Source: Candidatus Poribacteria bacterium (GTDB lineage Bacteria > Poribacteria > WGA-4E > WGA-3G). Taken from it: 64,000 nucleotides of DNA. The stretch is taken from the NCBI GenBank assembly GCA_965232545.1, contig OZ246979.1, forward strand, positions 4,623,521-4,687,520, given 5' to 3'. The notes under the pieces were generated by a model. It ran no database searches and was not told where the DNA came from. It was given only the letters and a program-made list of their open reading frames with translations. Shown here piece after piece: positions 29,667 to 39,762 of the stretch (position 1 is its first letter; each line of letters begins with the position of its first letter). A program made the translations under genes and the position numbers.

Positions 29667-30743
29667 ATGGCAAAAACAGAGACACCCAAACAACAAAGAC
29701 CATCAGTGATCGACTGTGATGTACATAACACGCTCGCTTCCGAGACGGTGTTATACCCCTATCTCTCCGAACGGTGGCGCAAGCATCACAGTAGGGTCGG
29801 TACAACCGACCGCGTCGGCGCATATATCCCACGCGCCCACCCCTTCGGTGCGAGATACGATGCGTGGACACCCTCCGGACATCGCCCCGGATCCGATCTT
29901 GATTTCCTACGTGAGCAACTGCTGGACGCATTCAACATCGAATACGGTGTCCTCAACTGCTTGACCCCGGTCTGTGAGATGCCCAATCTCGCGTTCGCCG
30001 CGGCGTGGGCGAGTGCCGTGAACGACTGGCAAATCGAAGAGTGGCTTGAAAAAGAACCGAGACTCCGCGCCTCAATCATCGTCGCATGCGACGACGCAGA
30101 GTTCGCCACCGCCGAGATTAATAGAGTGGCAGACCATCCAGGGTTCGTGCAAATACTGCTGCTCGCTCGCACGATGGAACCTTTAGGACGACGTAGATAC
30201 TGGAAGATGTATGAAGCGGCAGTCGAGCATGACCTCCCGATCGGCATCCACTTCACCGGTGTGGGTGTCGGACCGATTACCGCTGTCGGTAGACCCTCAC
30301 ACTACATTGAAGATCATGCAGGAATGACGCAGGCGTTTCAGACACAGGTAACCAGTCTGGTCTGTGAGGGAGTCTTTGAACAATTCCCAACGCTTAAGGT
30401 AGCTCTCATTGAGGGCGGTTTCGCTTGGCTACCCCCGTTGATGTGGCGACTTGACCGGGCATGGAAAAAACTACACGATGAGGTGCCTGAGTTGAAACGG
30501 TTGCCTTCTGAGTATATCCGGGAACACTTCTGGGTTACAACGCAGCCGATTGAAGAACCACCCAAACAGGAATACTTTGATCAACTGCTCGCGCAACTCG
30601 ACTCCGATGATAAGTTGATGTTCGCAACCGACTATCCGCACTGGGACTTCGATTCCCCGGATCAGGCACTTCCGAAAAACCTCTCGCCAATGCTCAAACG
30701 CAAAATCATGGCGGAAAACGCTCGCGCCTTCTATCAGTTTTGA
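29667..30743 (+). CDS. Amidohydrolase-2 family, paralog B
   Basis: SD AAAGGAGG 8 nt upstream of ATG 29667, preferred over ATG 29607. IDCDVHN…DYPHWDFD. Paralogous to 22007-23092. Confidence 0.7.
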   Translation: MAKTETPKQQRPSVIDCDVHNTLASETVLYPYLSERWRKHHSRVGTTDRVGAYIPRAHPFGARYDAWTPSGHRPGSDLDFLREQLLDAFNIEYGVLNCLTPVCEMPNLAFAAAWASAVNDWQIEEWLEKEPRLRASIIVACDDAEFATAEINRVADHPGFVQILLLARTMEPLGRRRYWKMYEAAVEHDLPIGIHFTGVGVGPITAVGRPSHYIEDHAGMTQAFQTQVTSLVCEGVFEQFPTLKVALIEGGFAWLPPLMWRLDRAWKKLHDEVPELKRLPSEYIREHFWVTTQPIEEPPKQEYFDQLLAQLDSDDKLMFATDYPHWDFDSPDQALPKNLSPMLKRKIMAENARAFYQF

Positions 30744-30887
30744 GAGGATGGGATGCTCGCAAATAGGCGATAGATCGCCTCGCTATGAACACAGACCTCT
30801 TGTAAATACGAGCATTTCTCCAAAGCATAGCGGTTTGTAGTAGCGCAATTCATTGCGCCTTGCGTAAGTTCTGGAAGGAAAAGTTAG

Positions 30888-31703
30888 TTAAATTGTCACG
30901 ACGTGTGGGACGTCATCAAACTGCAAATTATGGTCTGCTGCCCACTGCGACGCTGCGTTTCCACCACCACCGAGAAATTGCCTGCCAAGGTCATCGAGAT
31001 TTTCCATCACCTTCTCTTCAGGTTGCAGTGTGTCGTTGTAATACAACAGATAATCCTCCGGTTTGAGCCATGCGTAGTGGTATCCGTAGATAACGACTTT
31101 AGCGACATTCTCTGTAAAGTTGATACCCGCGGTGTGATAGATACGGTTTTCAAAGAAAAACGCATCGCCTGCCCGCAAGACAGGTTCATCATAAGGTTCA
31201 ATCGGATCAATCTCGCCTTCAGGAATACCCAGCGGTTCACCCAATACATGGCTTTTTGGAACAAACAGCGTCCCACCGGAATTTGGCACGGTGAAATCCG
31301 TCAAGCAGTATCCTACTTTCAAGCCGACGCGTGGGCAATCCTTGTGTCCGAGATCTAAAAATACACCCGCATCTCGATGCCATCCACGGCTTTCCAGTTT
31401 CTCAGGCGGTTGCGGATGTTTGTAGATGAGCGCAGTATTCGTGATATGGATATTTGTGCCAAGCAGTTGGATGATCAAGGGAATCGCTTTTGTCTGCGAT
31501 GTGAGTTCCGCGAAGACACGTTCCTGCACCAAACCGTCTCGCTTATGCGCATAATAGCCGTTATATTCAAACGAATCCATGAGCCGGTCTCCTGCCTCGG
31601 TCAAGCGCTCTATCATGTCGCTGTCAAGGACCGACCGCACGATGAAGTATCCGTTCTCCTCAAATTCCTCACGTTGTGCGTTTGTCAACTGGACGAATTC
31701 CAT
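30888..31703 (-). CDS. PhyH family Fe(II)/2OG oxygenase, paralog B
   Basis: WHRDAG and RIYHTAG motifs. ATG abuts rc module CGTGACCGAACCGCAAGGAAGAATTAAAAA. Near-identical N-terminus to 17077-17925 (MEFVQLT…). Confidence 0.75.
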   Translation of the reverse strand: MEFVQLTNAQREEFEENGYFIVRSVLDSDMIERLTEAGDRLMDSFEYNGYYAHKRDGLVQERVFAELTSQTKAIPLIIQLLGTNIHITNTALIYKHPQPPEKLESRGWHRDAGVFLDLGHKDCPRVGLKVGYCLTDFTVPNSGGTLFVPKSHVLGEPLGIPEGEIDPIEPYDEPVLRAGDAFFFENRIYHTAGINFTENVAKVVIYGYHYAWLKPEDYLLYYNDTLQPEEKVMENLDDLGRQFLGGGGNAASQWAADHNLQFDDVPHVVTI

Positions 31704-31735
31704 TTTTTAATTCTTCCTTGCGGTTCGGTCACGGT
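31704..31735 (-). promoter_or_regulatory. Upstream module copy before PhyH paralog B
   Basis: rc reads CGTGACCGAACCGCAAGGAAGAATTAAAAA-ATG. Confidence 0.5.
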
Positions 31736-32004
31736 AGATTGGATAAATAACATGCTTTTCCGTATATCCGCCTGCCCCGTTGTTGCAGGCTATCTTCTTC
31801 CTTTTGAAATCCCGTAGACGGGTATCTGTGTAGAATCGTTATGAATAGGAATGTCTGAATATGGTATCATAAATTAAAACGACTGTCTACTGATACCTTT
31901 CTTCCCTTCTTCTGTAGTCTCTGTAGGAGGGATCTCCGAATCCCGACGCTTTCTGATAACGAACCACTGATTACTAACAGCCACTTTCAAGGATACACAA
32001 AAAC

Positions 32005-32784
32005 ATGATTCGCGTTTCGCATCTCACAAAAAAATATGGACGGACTACGGCAGTTGACGACATTAGTTTCAACATTCAACAAGGTGAAATCGTCGGCTAT
32101 CTCGGTCCCAATGGAGCAGGAAAAAGTACAACCCTTAAAATGCTCGTCGGCTTGCTTCAACCGACATCCGGTGAGATCTCGGTCGCCGGATATAATGCCG
32201 AAACCGAGTTGCTTGAGCTCAAACAGCATATCGGATACGTCCCAGAAGAAGCCCAACTCTACGAACACCTCACTTTGGTAGAACATCTACAATTAATGGG
32301 TAGGCTCTATCACGTAGAGGAAGTGTTAATCGTACAGAAAATAACGGACTTGGTAAGACTGTTCGATATGGATGCGCAGGCGAACCAAAGGATAAGCGGC
32401 TTTTCACAAGGCATGCGCCAAAAGGGGTTGATTATGTCTGCCCTGTTACATAACCCCGATGTCCTCTTTTTAGATGAACCCTTTACTAATCTGGATGTAA
32501 CAACAGTGACACTCATGAAGAGGGTGCTGCAACGCTTAGCCGAGTTAGGAAAAACGATCCTCTATTGTACACACATTCTTGAAGTCGCTGAGACCCTCTG
32601 TCCACGAATTATGATTATCAACGCTGGGAAGCTTATCGCCGACGCACCGGTGTCGGAATTGCGCAAGCAGACGAATCAGACGGCACTCAACGAGATTTTC
32701 GCGGAATTGACGGAAACAACAGGATTCGATGAAAAAACCGAGGAAGCGGTTCGGATTGTGATGGAGGACACCTCGGATGCTTGA
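32005..32784 (+). CDS. ABC transporter ATP-binding protein
   Basis: Walker A GPNGAGKST. Signature-like FSQGMRQK. Walker B LFLDEP. Confidence 0.85.
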   Translation: MIRVSHLTKKYGRTTAVDDISFNIQQGEIVGYLGPNGAGKSTTLKMLVGLLQPTSGEISVAGYNAETELLELKQHIGYVPEEAQLYEHLTLVEHLQLMGRLYHVEEVLIVQKITDLVRLFDMDAQANQRISGFSQGMRQKGLIMSALLHNPDVLFLDEPFTNLDVTTVTLMKRVLQRLAELGKTILYCTHILEVAETLCPRIMIINAGKLIADAPVSELRKQTNQTALNEIFAELTETTGFDEKTEEAVRIVMEDTSDA

Positions 32785-34420
32785 GACAACCAACAGCAAG
32801 TTTTCCGCTTACAAGTTGCGCGAAAAAATAGTAGAAATGCTCGGCGGCTCCCCAATCCAGTATAGGTATCTTTTAAACACAGAGAAATTGGTGGAGAAGC
32901 GCGCTCTTAGAGGGCAGCGCGGTGCCAACTTATCGCTCGCTTTGACCTGTGTTTTCTGCTTCGTCATGAGTCTCTCGATCGCATTCACGTTGCTCCTTTC
33001 CTTGGATGTGTTCACCTATGCACTTTTAGGTATAACGATGTCTATGATGGTCGTAGCATTCTGGACCGTCCCATACTTTGATATCCTTCTCAGTCCTACT
33101 AACTACCCTGTTGTGGCGCATACCCCAGTAACGTCGCGAACCTATTTTCTTGTGAAGTTAACACAACTCCTCACTTACACTGTCTTGTTGTTAGCAAGTT
33201 TGAATCTCTTACCTGCCTTCTGCGGTATCTGGATCCATGCCAGAGAGTCTTCTCGACTCGAATTTCTTTTTCCGTTTGTATATCTGCCGATCGTCTTTAT
33301 GTCCGGTTTTTTCACGATTGGTGTGATGACTGTATTTGCGGGATATTTGACGAAACTCTACACCAAGAAGGGTACCCGAAATATTGCACAGTACGCGCAA
33401 TTTGTGTTTCCGGCTCTTTTTCCTTTGCTGTGGGTTCTCTCGACTCGTTTACCACGGGAGGCCTCAACAGAAAGGCTGACTTCAGTTCTGAAATGGTTCT
33501 ATGCGCTTCCGAACGGTTGGTTTGCCGGGGCAGTTTCGCTTGTAATGGGACAAATAGAACGGCATTTTCTGATTTTAGCAGGACTAGCTGTTGCTTCAAC
33601 GCTCTTTTTGGTGTTGGTTCCACTTCGGAGTATCGCGAAAAGTTATTCAGAATATCTCTCTTACTTGCTGGAGTCTGGTAGCGGACAAAAATCCGAGTTA
33701 CGGGTGAAAACACCGCTGTTTGCGAGACTCTTCCGAAATTCTACGATGCGTGCTGGGTTTTGTCTCAGTGCTGCGTATCTGTGCCGCGATAGGCATATAC
33801 TGCGACAGTTCTTTGCCTTGATTGGGGCTATCCTGATAATGGTGGTTATCTTTGCTCAGGATGAGGTATTATCCCTAAAGTTTTTTTATGAGTCCTATGT
33901 CATCGGGCTAAGCCCAGGTTTCTCCGTTTTTTTCTGCTTTACGGGTACAAGTTTTATCGGTGGCTTCCTTTTACCTGTCAGGTATTCAGAACATTGGAAA
34001 GCGTCGTGGGTGTTGAAACTTGCGCCGTTTTCGACATCGCGTGATTTGTGGCGAGGTGTGCAGGCAGCTGCCCTTCTCTATATTGCCGTCCCATTTACGA
34101 TTCTTATGTCTTGCATCGCTATTTTTATTTGGGGGGTTTTTGGCGTATTTTACGTTTTACCCGGATTCATGAGCTTACTCTATTATATCCTCTTATACCC
34201 AAAGCCTCGGTCCGGATTACCGCTCTCTGAAGAATTTATCCAGAAACAGATGGCTTCAAAATCTTGGATCCCTCTTTTATGTAGTGGACTTGTTGTTATC
34301 GTCTTTGTAGGTGCATTATTTTTGGCGTACCTGCTGAATATATGGGTCTATTTTGGGGTCTACTGCGTCATGGTCATAGGCGGATTTATCGGTTTTGCCT
34401 GTTTTTGGGCAAGAAAATGA
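32777..34420 (+). CDS. Polytopic membrane protein, putative ABC-2-type permease partner
   Basis: Overlaps the ATPase stop by 8 nt (operon). At least 10 predicted hydrophobic helices. No signature motif. Confidence 0.5.
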   Translation: MLETTNSKFSAYKLREKIVEMLGGSPIQYRYLLNTEKLVEKRALRGQRGANLSLALTCVFCFVMSLSIAFTLLLSLDVFTYALLGITMSMMVVAFWTVPYFDILLSPTNYPVVAHTPVTSRTYFLVKLTQLLTYTVLLLASLNLLPAFCGIWIHARESSRLEFLFPFVYLPIVFMSGFFTIGVMTVFAGYLTKLYTKKGTRNIAQYAQFVFPALFPLLWVLSTRLPREASTERLTSVLKWFYALPNGWFAGAVSLVMGQIERHFLILAGLAVASTLFLVLVPLRSIAKSYSEYLSYLLESGSGQKSELRVKTPLFARLFRNSTMRAGFCLSAAYLCRDRHILRQFFALIGAILIMVVIFAQDEVLSLKFFYESYVIGLSPGFSVFFCFTGTSFIGGFLLPVRYSEHWKASWVLKLAPFSTSRDLWRGVQAAALLYIAVPFTILMSCIAIFIWGVFGVFYVLPGFMSLLYYILLYPKPRSGLPLSEEFIQKQMASKSWIPLLCSGLVVIVFVGALFLAYLLNIWVYFGVYCVMVIGGFIGFACFWARK

Positions 34421-34440
34421 AGCGCGTATAGGAGAACAAA

Positions 34441-35181
34441 ATGGCAACTCAATCCTCAAGAATCGAATGGACAGAATCCACATGGAATCCAGTGCGCGGG
34501 TGCACCCGTGTTTCAGAGGGCTGTCGGTTCTGTTACGCCGAACGGATAGCGGCACGATTTTCAGGCAAAGGTTTGGCTTACGAAGGTTTGGCTGAGAATA
34601 CCAAAGCAGGACCGCGGTGGACACAACGGGTGCTCCCTGTCCCGGTACTGCTTGACGAACCACTGAAGTGGAAAAAACCTCGTCGGATCTTCGTTAACTC
34701 CATGAGCGACCTGTTTCATGAAAAGATTGAGCTGGCTTATATTCAGAAAGTTTTTTCTGTTATGGAAAAGGCACATTGGCACCAATTCCAAGTCTTGACG
34801 AAGCGATCCGAGCGACTGCTGGAATTCAGCCCGAAGTTACCATGGTCCCCGAATGTTTGGATGGGGGTTAGTGTTGAGGACAATCGAGTGACCCATCGGA
34901 TTAATGCGCTCAGACAAACCGGCGCGCAGATCAAATTTCTCTCGCTTGAACCCCTGCTTGGCGCGCTTCCAAATTTAATGTTAGATGGAATAGGTTGGGT
35001 TATCGTGGGTGGTGAATCCGGTCCCGGCGCACGCGAGATGAAGGAAAAATGGGTGATTGATATCCGTGACCAGTGTGCGGATGCAAAAGTGCCGTTTTTC
35101 TTTAAGCAGTGGGGAGGCAAACGCAAATCGAAAACGGGGCGGGAATTAGATAAGCGGACTTATGATGAGATGCCGGTCTGA
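34441..35181 (+). CDS. Phage Gp37/Gp68 family (DUF5131) protein
   Basis: N-terminus RIEWTESTWNPVRGCTRVSEGCRFCYAERIA, a Cx6CxxC non-canonical Cys triad typical of the Gp37Gp68 family. Confidence 0.6.
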   Translation: MATQSSRIEWTESTWNPVRGCTRVSEGCRFCYAERIAARFSGKGLAYEGLAENTKAGPRWTQRVLPVPVLLDEPLKWKKPRRIFVNSMSDLFHEKIELAYIQKVFSVMEKAHWHQFQVLTKRSERLLEFSPKLPWSPNVWMGVSVEDNRVTHRINALRQTGAQIKFLSLEPLLGALPNLMLDGIGWVIVGGESGPGAREMKEKWVIDIRDQCADAKVPFFFKQWGGKRKSKTGRELDKRTYDEMPV

Positions 35182-35217
35182 ATCTCTCGCCAAATCCGGC
35201 ATCTTGAAACTTTAACC

Positions 35218-35703
35218 TCAAACCCTTGGCAAATCGTCTGCGAGCAAAGCCGCGGATATGGATTTTTTCGCTGATTCTTGTTCAGGGCGTTCGATATGGT
35301 AATAACGGAACCACTCTTTAAAATCTTCATCAAGAAAATTTCCATCATACTCTTCCTTGAACCCGTCATGGCATTCTTCCATATAGACGCGTAGATAACT
35401 ACTGGCGCGTTCAAGTGCTTTCCAATCAAAGATATTTGAAGGCATCTCAACAATACCACCCTCGAGCATATTACTTCGCATCTTCAAGTAGTAAGAATAC
35501 CGAGTGCTCATTATAAGATTAATAAGTTTGTCTAACATTTTTGAAGGAATCTGTACGATTTTACCGTTCAATAAACTGTGCCGAATGCCGATCTCCTTAT
35601 CCAGATCTCGATTAAGCATGAATCCAACGATAACATCAAAGATTTTGTCTAACATTTTATATGTGTCCTTTACGATATAACAGATTGTAAACGTAATACC
35701 CAC
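35218..35703 (-). CDS. Hypothetical protein (convergent with DUF5131 gene)
   Basis: ORF only. Internal duplicated MLDK(I/L)…I segments. A likely start is at the internal Met (MLDKIFDV). Confidence 0.3.
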   Translation of the reverse strand: MGITFTICYIVKDTYKMLDKIFDVIVGFMLNRDLDKEIGIRHSLLNGKIVQIPSKMLDKLINLIMSTRYSYYLKMRSNMLEGGIVEMPSNIFDWKALERASSYLRVYMEECHDGFKEEYDGNFLDEDFKEWFRYYHIERPEQESAKKSISAALLADDLPRV

Positions 35704-36036
35704 TCGGGTTTTGTTCGCGTTTATTTGTTTGTTGCAAAATTAATGCTAACATTAATGTGCAAAAGCGTCAAGGAAAAAAAATTAAATCCATTCAGCAATC
35801 TGAAAGTGGGTTTTTAATTTTTTGTGCTTGTGTCGTTGTGTCCGTTATCCTTGCGGATTTTCCGTTAAGACAGTCGGGCGGGGCCCCGTCGCTACGGGGT
35901 TGGAAGTTTTGGTGGAAAAAGATAAATCCAAGCGCGTAGCCCGCAAGCGGAACGGAGGGGTTTTTGATAGGGGTTTTTGATACGGTGTTTCCCTTTCTTC
36001 AGATATACGGAGAGGCACTTTCAGATCCCAACTCAC

Positions 36037-36066
36037 CTGACCGAACCGCAAGGTAAAATTAAAAAA
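36037..36066 (+). promoter_or_regulatory. Upstream module copy ~35 nt before the ZIP transporter gene
   Basis: CTGACCGAACCGCAAGGTAAAATTAAAAAA, followed by TATACT and ATG 36102. Confidence 0.45.
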
Positions 36067-36101
36067 TTGCATTACGATCCAAATTCTGCTATAGTTATAC
36101 T

Positions 36102-36851
36102 ATGCTTACATTCTATCTGGCAATTGCGGTGACGACGGTTCCACTCGGAGCGGGAATCGCTTTTGTTTCGCGGGGACGGCAAAAACATTTCGGACACATT
36201 TTTGGATTGACGGCGGGCGCAGTACTCGGCATCGTCTTAATTATGATGATGCACCTTTACACCGAGGTAGGTTACATCACAATCCTTGTGATGTGGGGTG
36301 GGTTTTTCCTAATTTCAGCAGTAGAACATCTCACGACACATCGACGCGGCGACACGGAGAGGGACACAAACAGGGCAGACAAGAGATGGGGCATCAACTT
36401 AACCGTTCTCGGACTATCGTTGCATTCACTGGCAGACGGACTTAATTTGGTTATCGCCGCGAGAGAGGAGATACTTGGTGGAGCACTTGCATTTGGCATA
36501 CTGGTCCATCGTCTACCAGTCGGGACACTTATCGCCGTCGCGCTCCTCCGAAATCATACCTTTGGTAAGGCACTGCTTCGACTGACACCGCTGATACTTG
36601 GACCGGTTATCGGAGCAGCACTCGGGGAACAGCTCCTCCGTGGGGCGTTCGGTGAATTGGCAGACTATCTGACAGCATTCGCTGTTGGTACGCTTTTACA
36701 TGTTGTGATGGACGGGTTTCGAGGCAACTATACTGTCGAGAAGATAGGAAACCTGAGCCGTTTTGAAAAAGTGCTTTTTGTCATCGGATTCGTCTTGACC
36801 TTTTGCGTTATCTATTTCTTTCAGGGATTTGAGGGTGAACATCTTCACTAA
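36102..36851 (+). CDS. ZIP (ZupT-like) family metal transporter
   Basis: 8 predicted TM helices. HSLADGLN motif in the family's conserved metal-binding helix. His-rich loop (HRRGDTERDTNRADKR). Confidence 0.6.
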   Translation: MLTFYLAIAVTTVPLGAGIAFVSRGRQKHFGHIFGLTAGAVLGIVLIMMMHLYTEVGYITILVMWGGFFLISAVEHLTTHRRGDTERDTNRADKRWGINLTVLGLSLHSLADGLNLVIAAREEILGGALAFGILVHRLPVGTLIAVALLRNHTFGKALLRLTPLILGPVIGAALGEQLLRGAFGELADYLTAFAVGTLLHVVMDGFRGNYTVEKIGNLSRFEKVLFVIGFVLTFCVIYFFQGFEGEHLH

Positions 36852-36987
36852 GAATAGCCGTTGGCAATCAGGTCGTTTTTTTTCTTCCGAAAAAAAACTT
36901 TCAGTGGTCAGTAAATCATTACGTCAGTTGCAAACGATTTTCACCGCTACACGATCCTCTTTGCTGACTGCTGACTGCCGACCGCTG

Positions 36988-39465
36988 ATGGCTTCTTTGC
37001 TAACGGTTATCTTCTGCATTGTCGTGTTCGTCCTACCAGTGAGGAGCGATCAAATTCCGATTGCGGTATCTGGTGAACCGAGAGCGACACTTCAGGTCGG
37101 CGCGAACGCCTCGGAACAGGAACAGTTCGCCGCCGCCGAAATCCAATCTTTTATCCAACAATTCACAGGTGCCAAACTCGACATCCGTACCAATCGTCAA
37201 CCAACGGAGACACAAACGGTGATTGTGCTTGGCACCCCAAGCTCGAATCCGACGATAGCAGGGTTACAGGCGAACGTGGAACTGGCGTTGGCAAAAGAAC
37301 TCGGAGACGAAGGCTATCGTATCAAAACGGTAGAGGTCGGCACAGAGATCGTCATTGTTGTGACAGCGCATACCGAGAGAGGCGTGGTCTATGGCGCGTA
37401 TGCCTTCATTGAAAACTGTATTACGGCGTTGACGGGTTTAAAGCCTGTCCATCCAGAGTTACCCGTCGCCAAAGCACAAGCACTGCTCGTGCCGTTCATG
37501 AACGAGACTTCATCACCATTTTATCCGGTGCGTGCTGTCTTGGAGATAGAGGATCCGGATTGGCTTGCACGCCACCGTATCAACATGAGTGGTGGCGAAG
37601 GCGTTTGGACAGGCACAGGTATTGAAGATGGGTTCGGGACGGCGTTTAAATATGTGGATGCCCCCGCGTTTGAAGCTTTGCAGGATGAACCGATAGGACA
37701 GCGGCGAGAACGCATCGCAGTGCTACAAAATCGGTTTGATGCACTCGAACGGCGTGGCATTGATGCCTATCTTTTCATGTATGTAACTGGCGAACCGACA
37801 GAGGCACTGATTCAACAGCGTCCCGATGTTCTTGGACCGAGGGTGCTTTACGGGGCTTCTCGGAATGAGGTATCTTATCGTCCGTTCTGCTGGTCAAAAC
37901 CCGCGTTTCATACGCTTGCGAGGGAACTGACACAGTCGATCGTGCGCGCCTATCCTGCGCTTGCCGGTTTTCATCTACGTTCTTGGGGGCATGAGACACG
38001 CGCATGTGATTGTCCTGACTGTGGTGATAGGACGGAACAGGGACAAGCAAAACTTTGGCAAGTCTACTTTACGATTATCAACGCTGCTCGCGAAGTGCGT
38101 CCGGACTTCAAATTTTATATCTCCGGGTATGACAGCAGTTGGCTCAAGGATGCCGCTGGCGTTTATGCACAGCAGCTGCCGAAAGGAACTATTTTCTCGC
38201 GGAAATGGGGCGCAGATGGCGAACCCGTCGCGAGCGCAGGCTTACCTATCCCACAAGTCAGGGCACTCGGAGAAATCGGGCATCGCTTTATAGTCCTTTC
38301 GCATGAAGTAGAGGAGGTGATGCCGCTCTGGATGCTCGAGAGTGATCTGTTCGTGCAAGGTGTTCGGCAACTTGCCAATAACCCCGAGGTCATCGGTCTC
38401 GGTGGGTTTACTGTCCAAGGCGCGACACAAGGGTTAGGGTACCTCGATCGCCTTGTCAGTGCAAGCCTTAATTGGGATATCAACCTTGATCATTATCAAC
38501 TCCTCCGAAACGAGTTGATTGCCCGGTACGGCACCGAAGCCGCGCCACATATTCTGAATGCCTTGCGGGTGAACGGATGGAACATGGCAAGTTATTTCAC
38601 GGATTATGCGGGATCCTTGACTGTAGGTGGCACTTATGGCAGCGGATCCGCCGGACTCGCAACGCGGTTCTGGACATTGATTGGACCACGGGCTGTTGAA
38701 GATACGTTGGCTATCCCGGAACTGGAGATTGCGAAACTCGCTGTGGACCGGTTCACGGCACTTTTGGCACCACAACAGCAGGCGGCAAACGAGATACGAG
38801 TAGCAAGTGAGATCGCAGAGCCTTTTGATCTGGAAGCAACCGAGGATTTACGCGATGCCCTCCACTTAATGGAACTGTGGGTCCTGTTCTTTGAAAGTCG
38901 AGCCAAGTTGGTAGAAGCGATAGCACTCGGCTATGAGCCTGGAACAGAGCAGGCAATCCGTGCCAAAATCACGAGTGCAATAGAATTTTCAAAGTCCATA
39001 CAACCACATATCAAAGGAATTGAGGAATTTATCCCACTCTTCGGGTATTCGCATCGGACGATTGAAGCGGAGTTACTGAGTACCTTAAACACAGAAGTCG
39101 CTTGGTTAACGAGTTTCGATTATAAGACGCTCCAGAAACATGATGAGGGCTTCTCACCAGAGGAAACCCCTTACCGAATTTGGGATGTTCATAACTTCCC
39201 GAATCCTCTGAAAGAAGAAACAACATTTACCTATCAGTTATCACTGGATTCAGATGAAGTCTCTATCACGATTTATGCTACATCCGGACGGGTTGTAAAT
39301 GTCTTGAAAGGGGCTTCTGGAAACGAAGGCTACAACGAGTTTATGTGGGATGCACGAGACGCTGACGGTCTATTACTTGCCAATGGTGTCTATTTTTTCA
39401 GGATACGTGCTGTCGCGGGAGACCAGACAGCACAGACCCTCGGACGCTTAGCAGTGTTGAGATAG
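36988..39465 (+). CDS. Large secreted protein with T9SS C-terminal sorting domain
   Basis: Start chosen at signal peptide MASLLTVIFCIVVFVLPVRS (36988). ATG 36829 upstream would read through an intergenic 7-bp-repeat element. C-terminal FPNPLKEETTFTYQLSL…GVYFFRIRAVAGDQ…LAVLR is a T9SS CTD. Confidence 0.6.
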   Translation: MASLLTVIFCIVVFVLPVRSDQIPIAVSGEPRATLQVGANASEQEQFAAAEIQSFIQQFTGAKLDIRTNRQPTETQTVIVLGTPSSNPTIAGLQANVELALAKELGDEGYRIKTVEVGTEIVIVVTAHTERGVVYGAYAFIENCITALTGLKPVHPELPVAKAQALLVPFMNETSSPFYPVRAVLEIEDPDWLARHRINMSGGEGVWTGTGIEDGFGTAFKYVDAPAFEALQDEPIGQRRERIAVLQNRFDALERRGIDAYLFMYVTGEPTEALIQQRPDVLGPRVLYGASRNEVSYRPFCWSKPAFHTLARELTQSIVRAYPALAGFHLRSWGHETRACDCPDCGDRTEQGQAKLWQVYFTIINAAREVRPDFKFYISGYDSSWLKDAAGVYAQQLPKGTIFSRKWGADGEPVASAGLPIPQVRALGEIGHRFIVLSHEVEEVMPLWMLESDLFVQGVRQLANNPEVIGLGGFTVQGATQGLGYLDRLVSASLNWDINLDHYQLLRNELIARYGTEAAPHILNALRVNGWNMASYFTDYAGSLTVGGTYGSGSAGLATRFWTLIGPRAVEDTLAIPELEIAKLAVDRFTALLAPQQQAANEIRVASEIAEPFDLEATEDLRDALHLMELWVLFFESRAKLVEAIALGYEPGTEQAIRAKITSAIEFSKSIQPHIKGIEEFIPLFGYSHRTIEAELLSTLNTEVAWLTSFDYKTLQKHDEGFSPEETPYRIWDVHNFPNPLKEETTFTYQLSLDSDEVSITIYATSGRVVNVLKGASGNEGYNEFMWDARDADGLLLANGVYFFRIRAVAGDQTAQTLGRLAVLR

Positions 39466-39522
39466 TTAGCCTACGGTTAGACTCATGCATAATTTACGTG
39501 TCGGAAATAAGGAGGTTGAATA

Positions 39523-39762
39523 ATGGGACACCAAATCACACTCAATATTCCAGACGCTGTGTACCAGCGTGCCCATCAAATTGCAAAAAGGCAAGGGGTC
39601 CAGTTGGAAAATGTCCTTGTTGATGTATTGAACGCGCATTGGTTTTCTACGGATGCTCTTCTTACTGATGGAGAAAAACTTGCAGCCGTTACTTCAAGTG
39701 TAGAATCAACGGGTTGGTGGGATGTCGATGGTGATAAGGAGTGGGATGAATGGACACCTTGA
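39523..39762 (+). CDS. Type II antitoxin (MazE-like partner)
   Basis: 79 aa. SD AAGGAGG. Overlaps the toxin gene by 13 nt. Confidence 0.5.
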   Translation: MGHQITLNIPDAVYQRAHQIAKRQGVQLENVLVDVLNAHWFSTDALLTDGEKLAAVTSSVESTGWWDVDGDKEWDEWTP

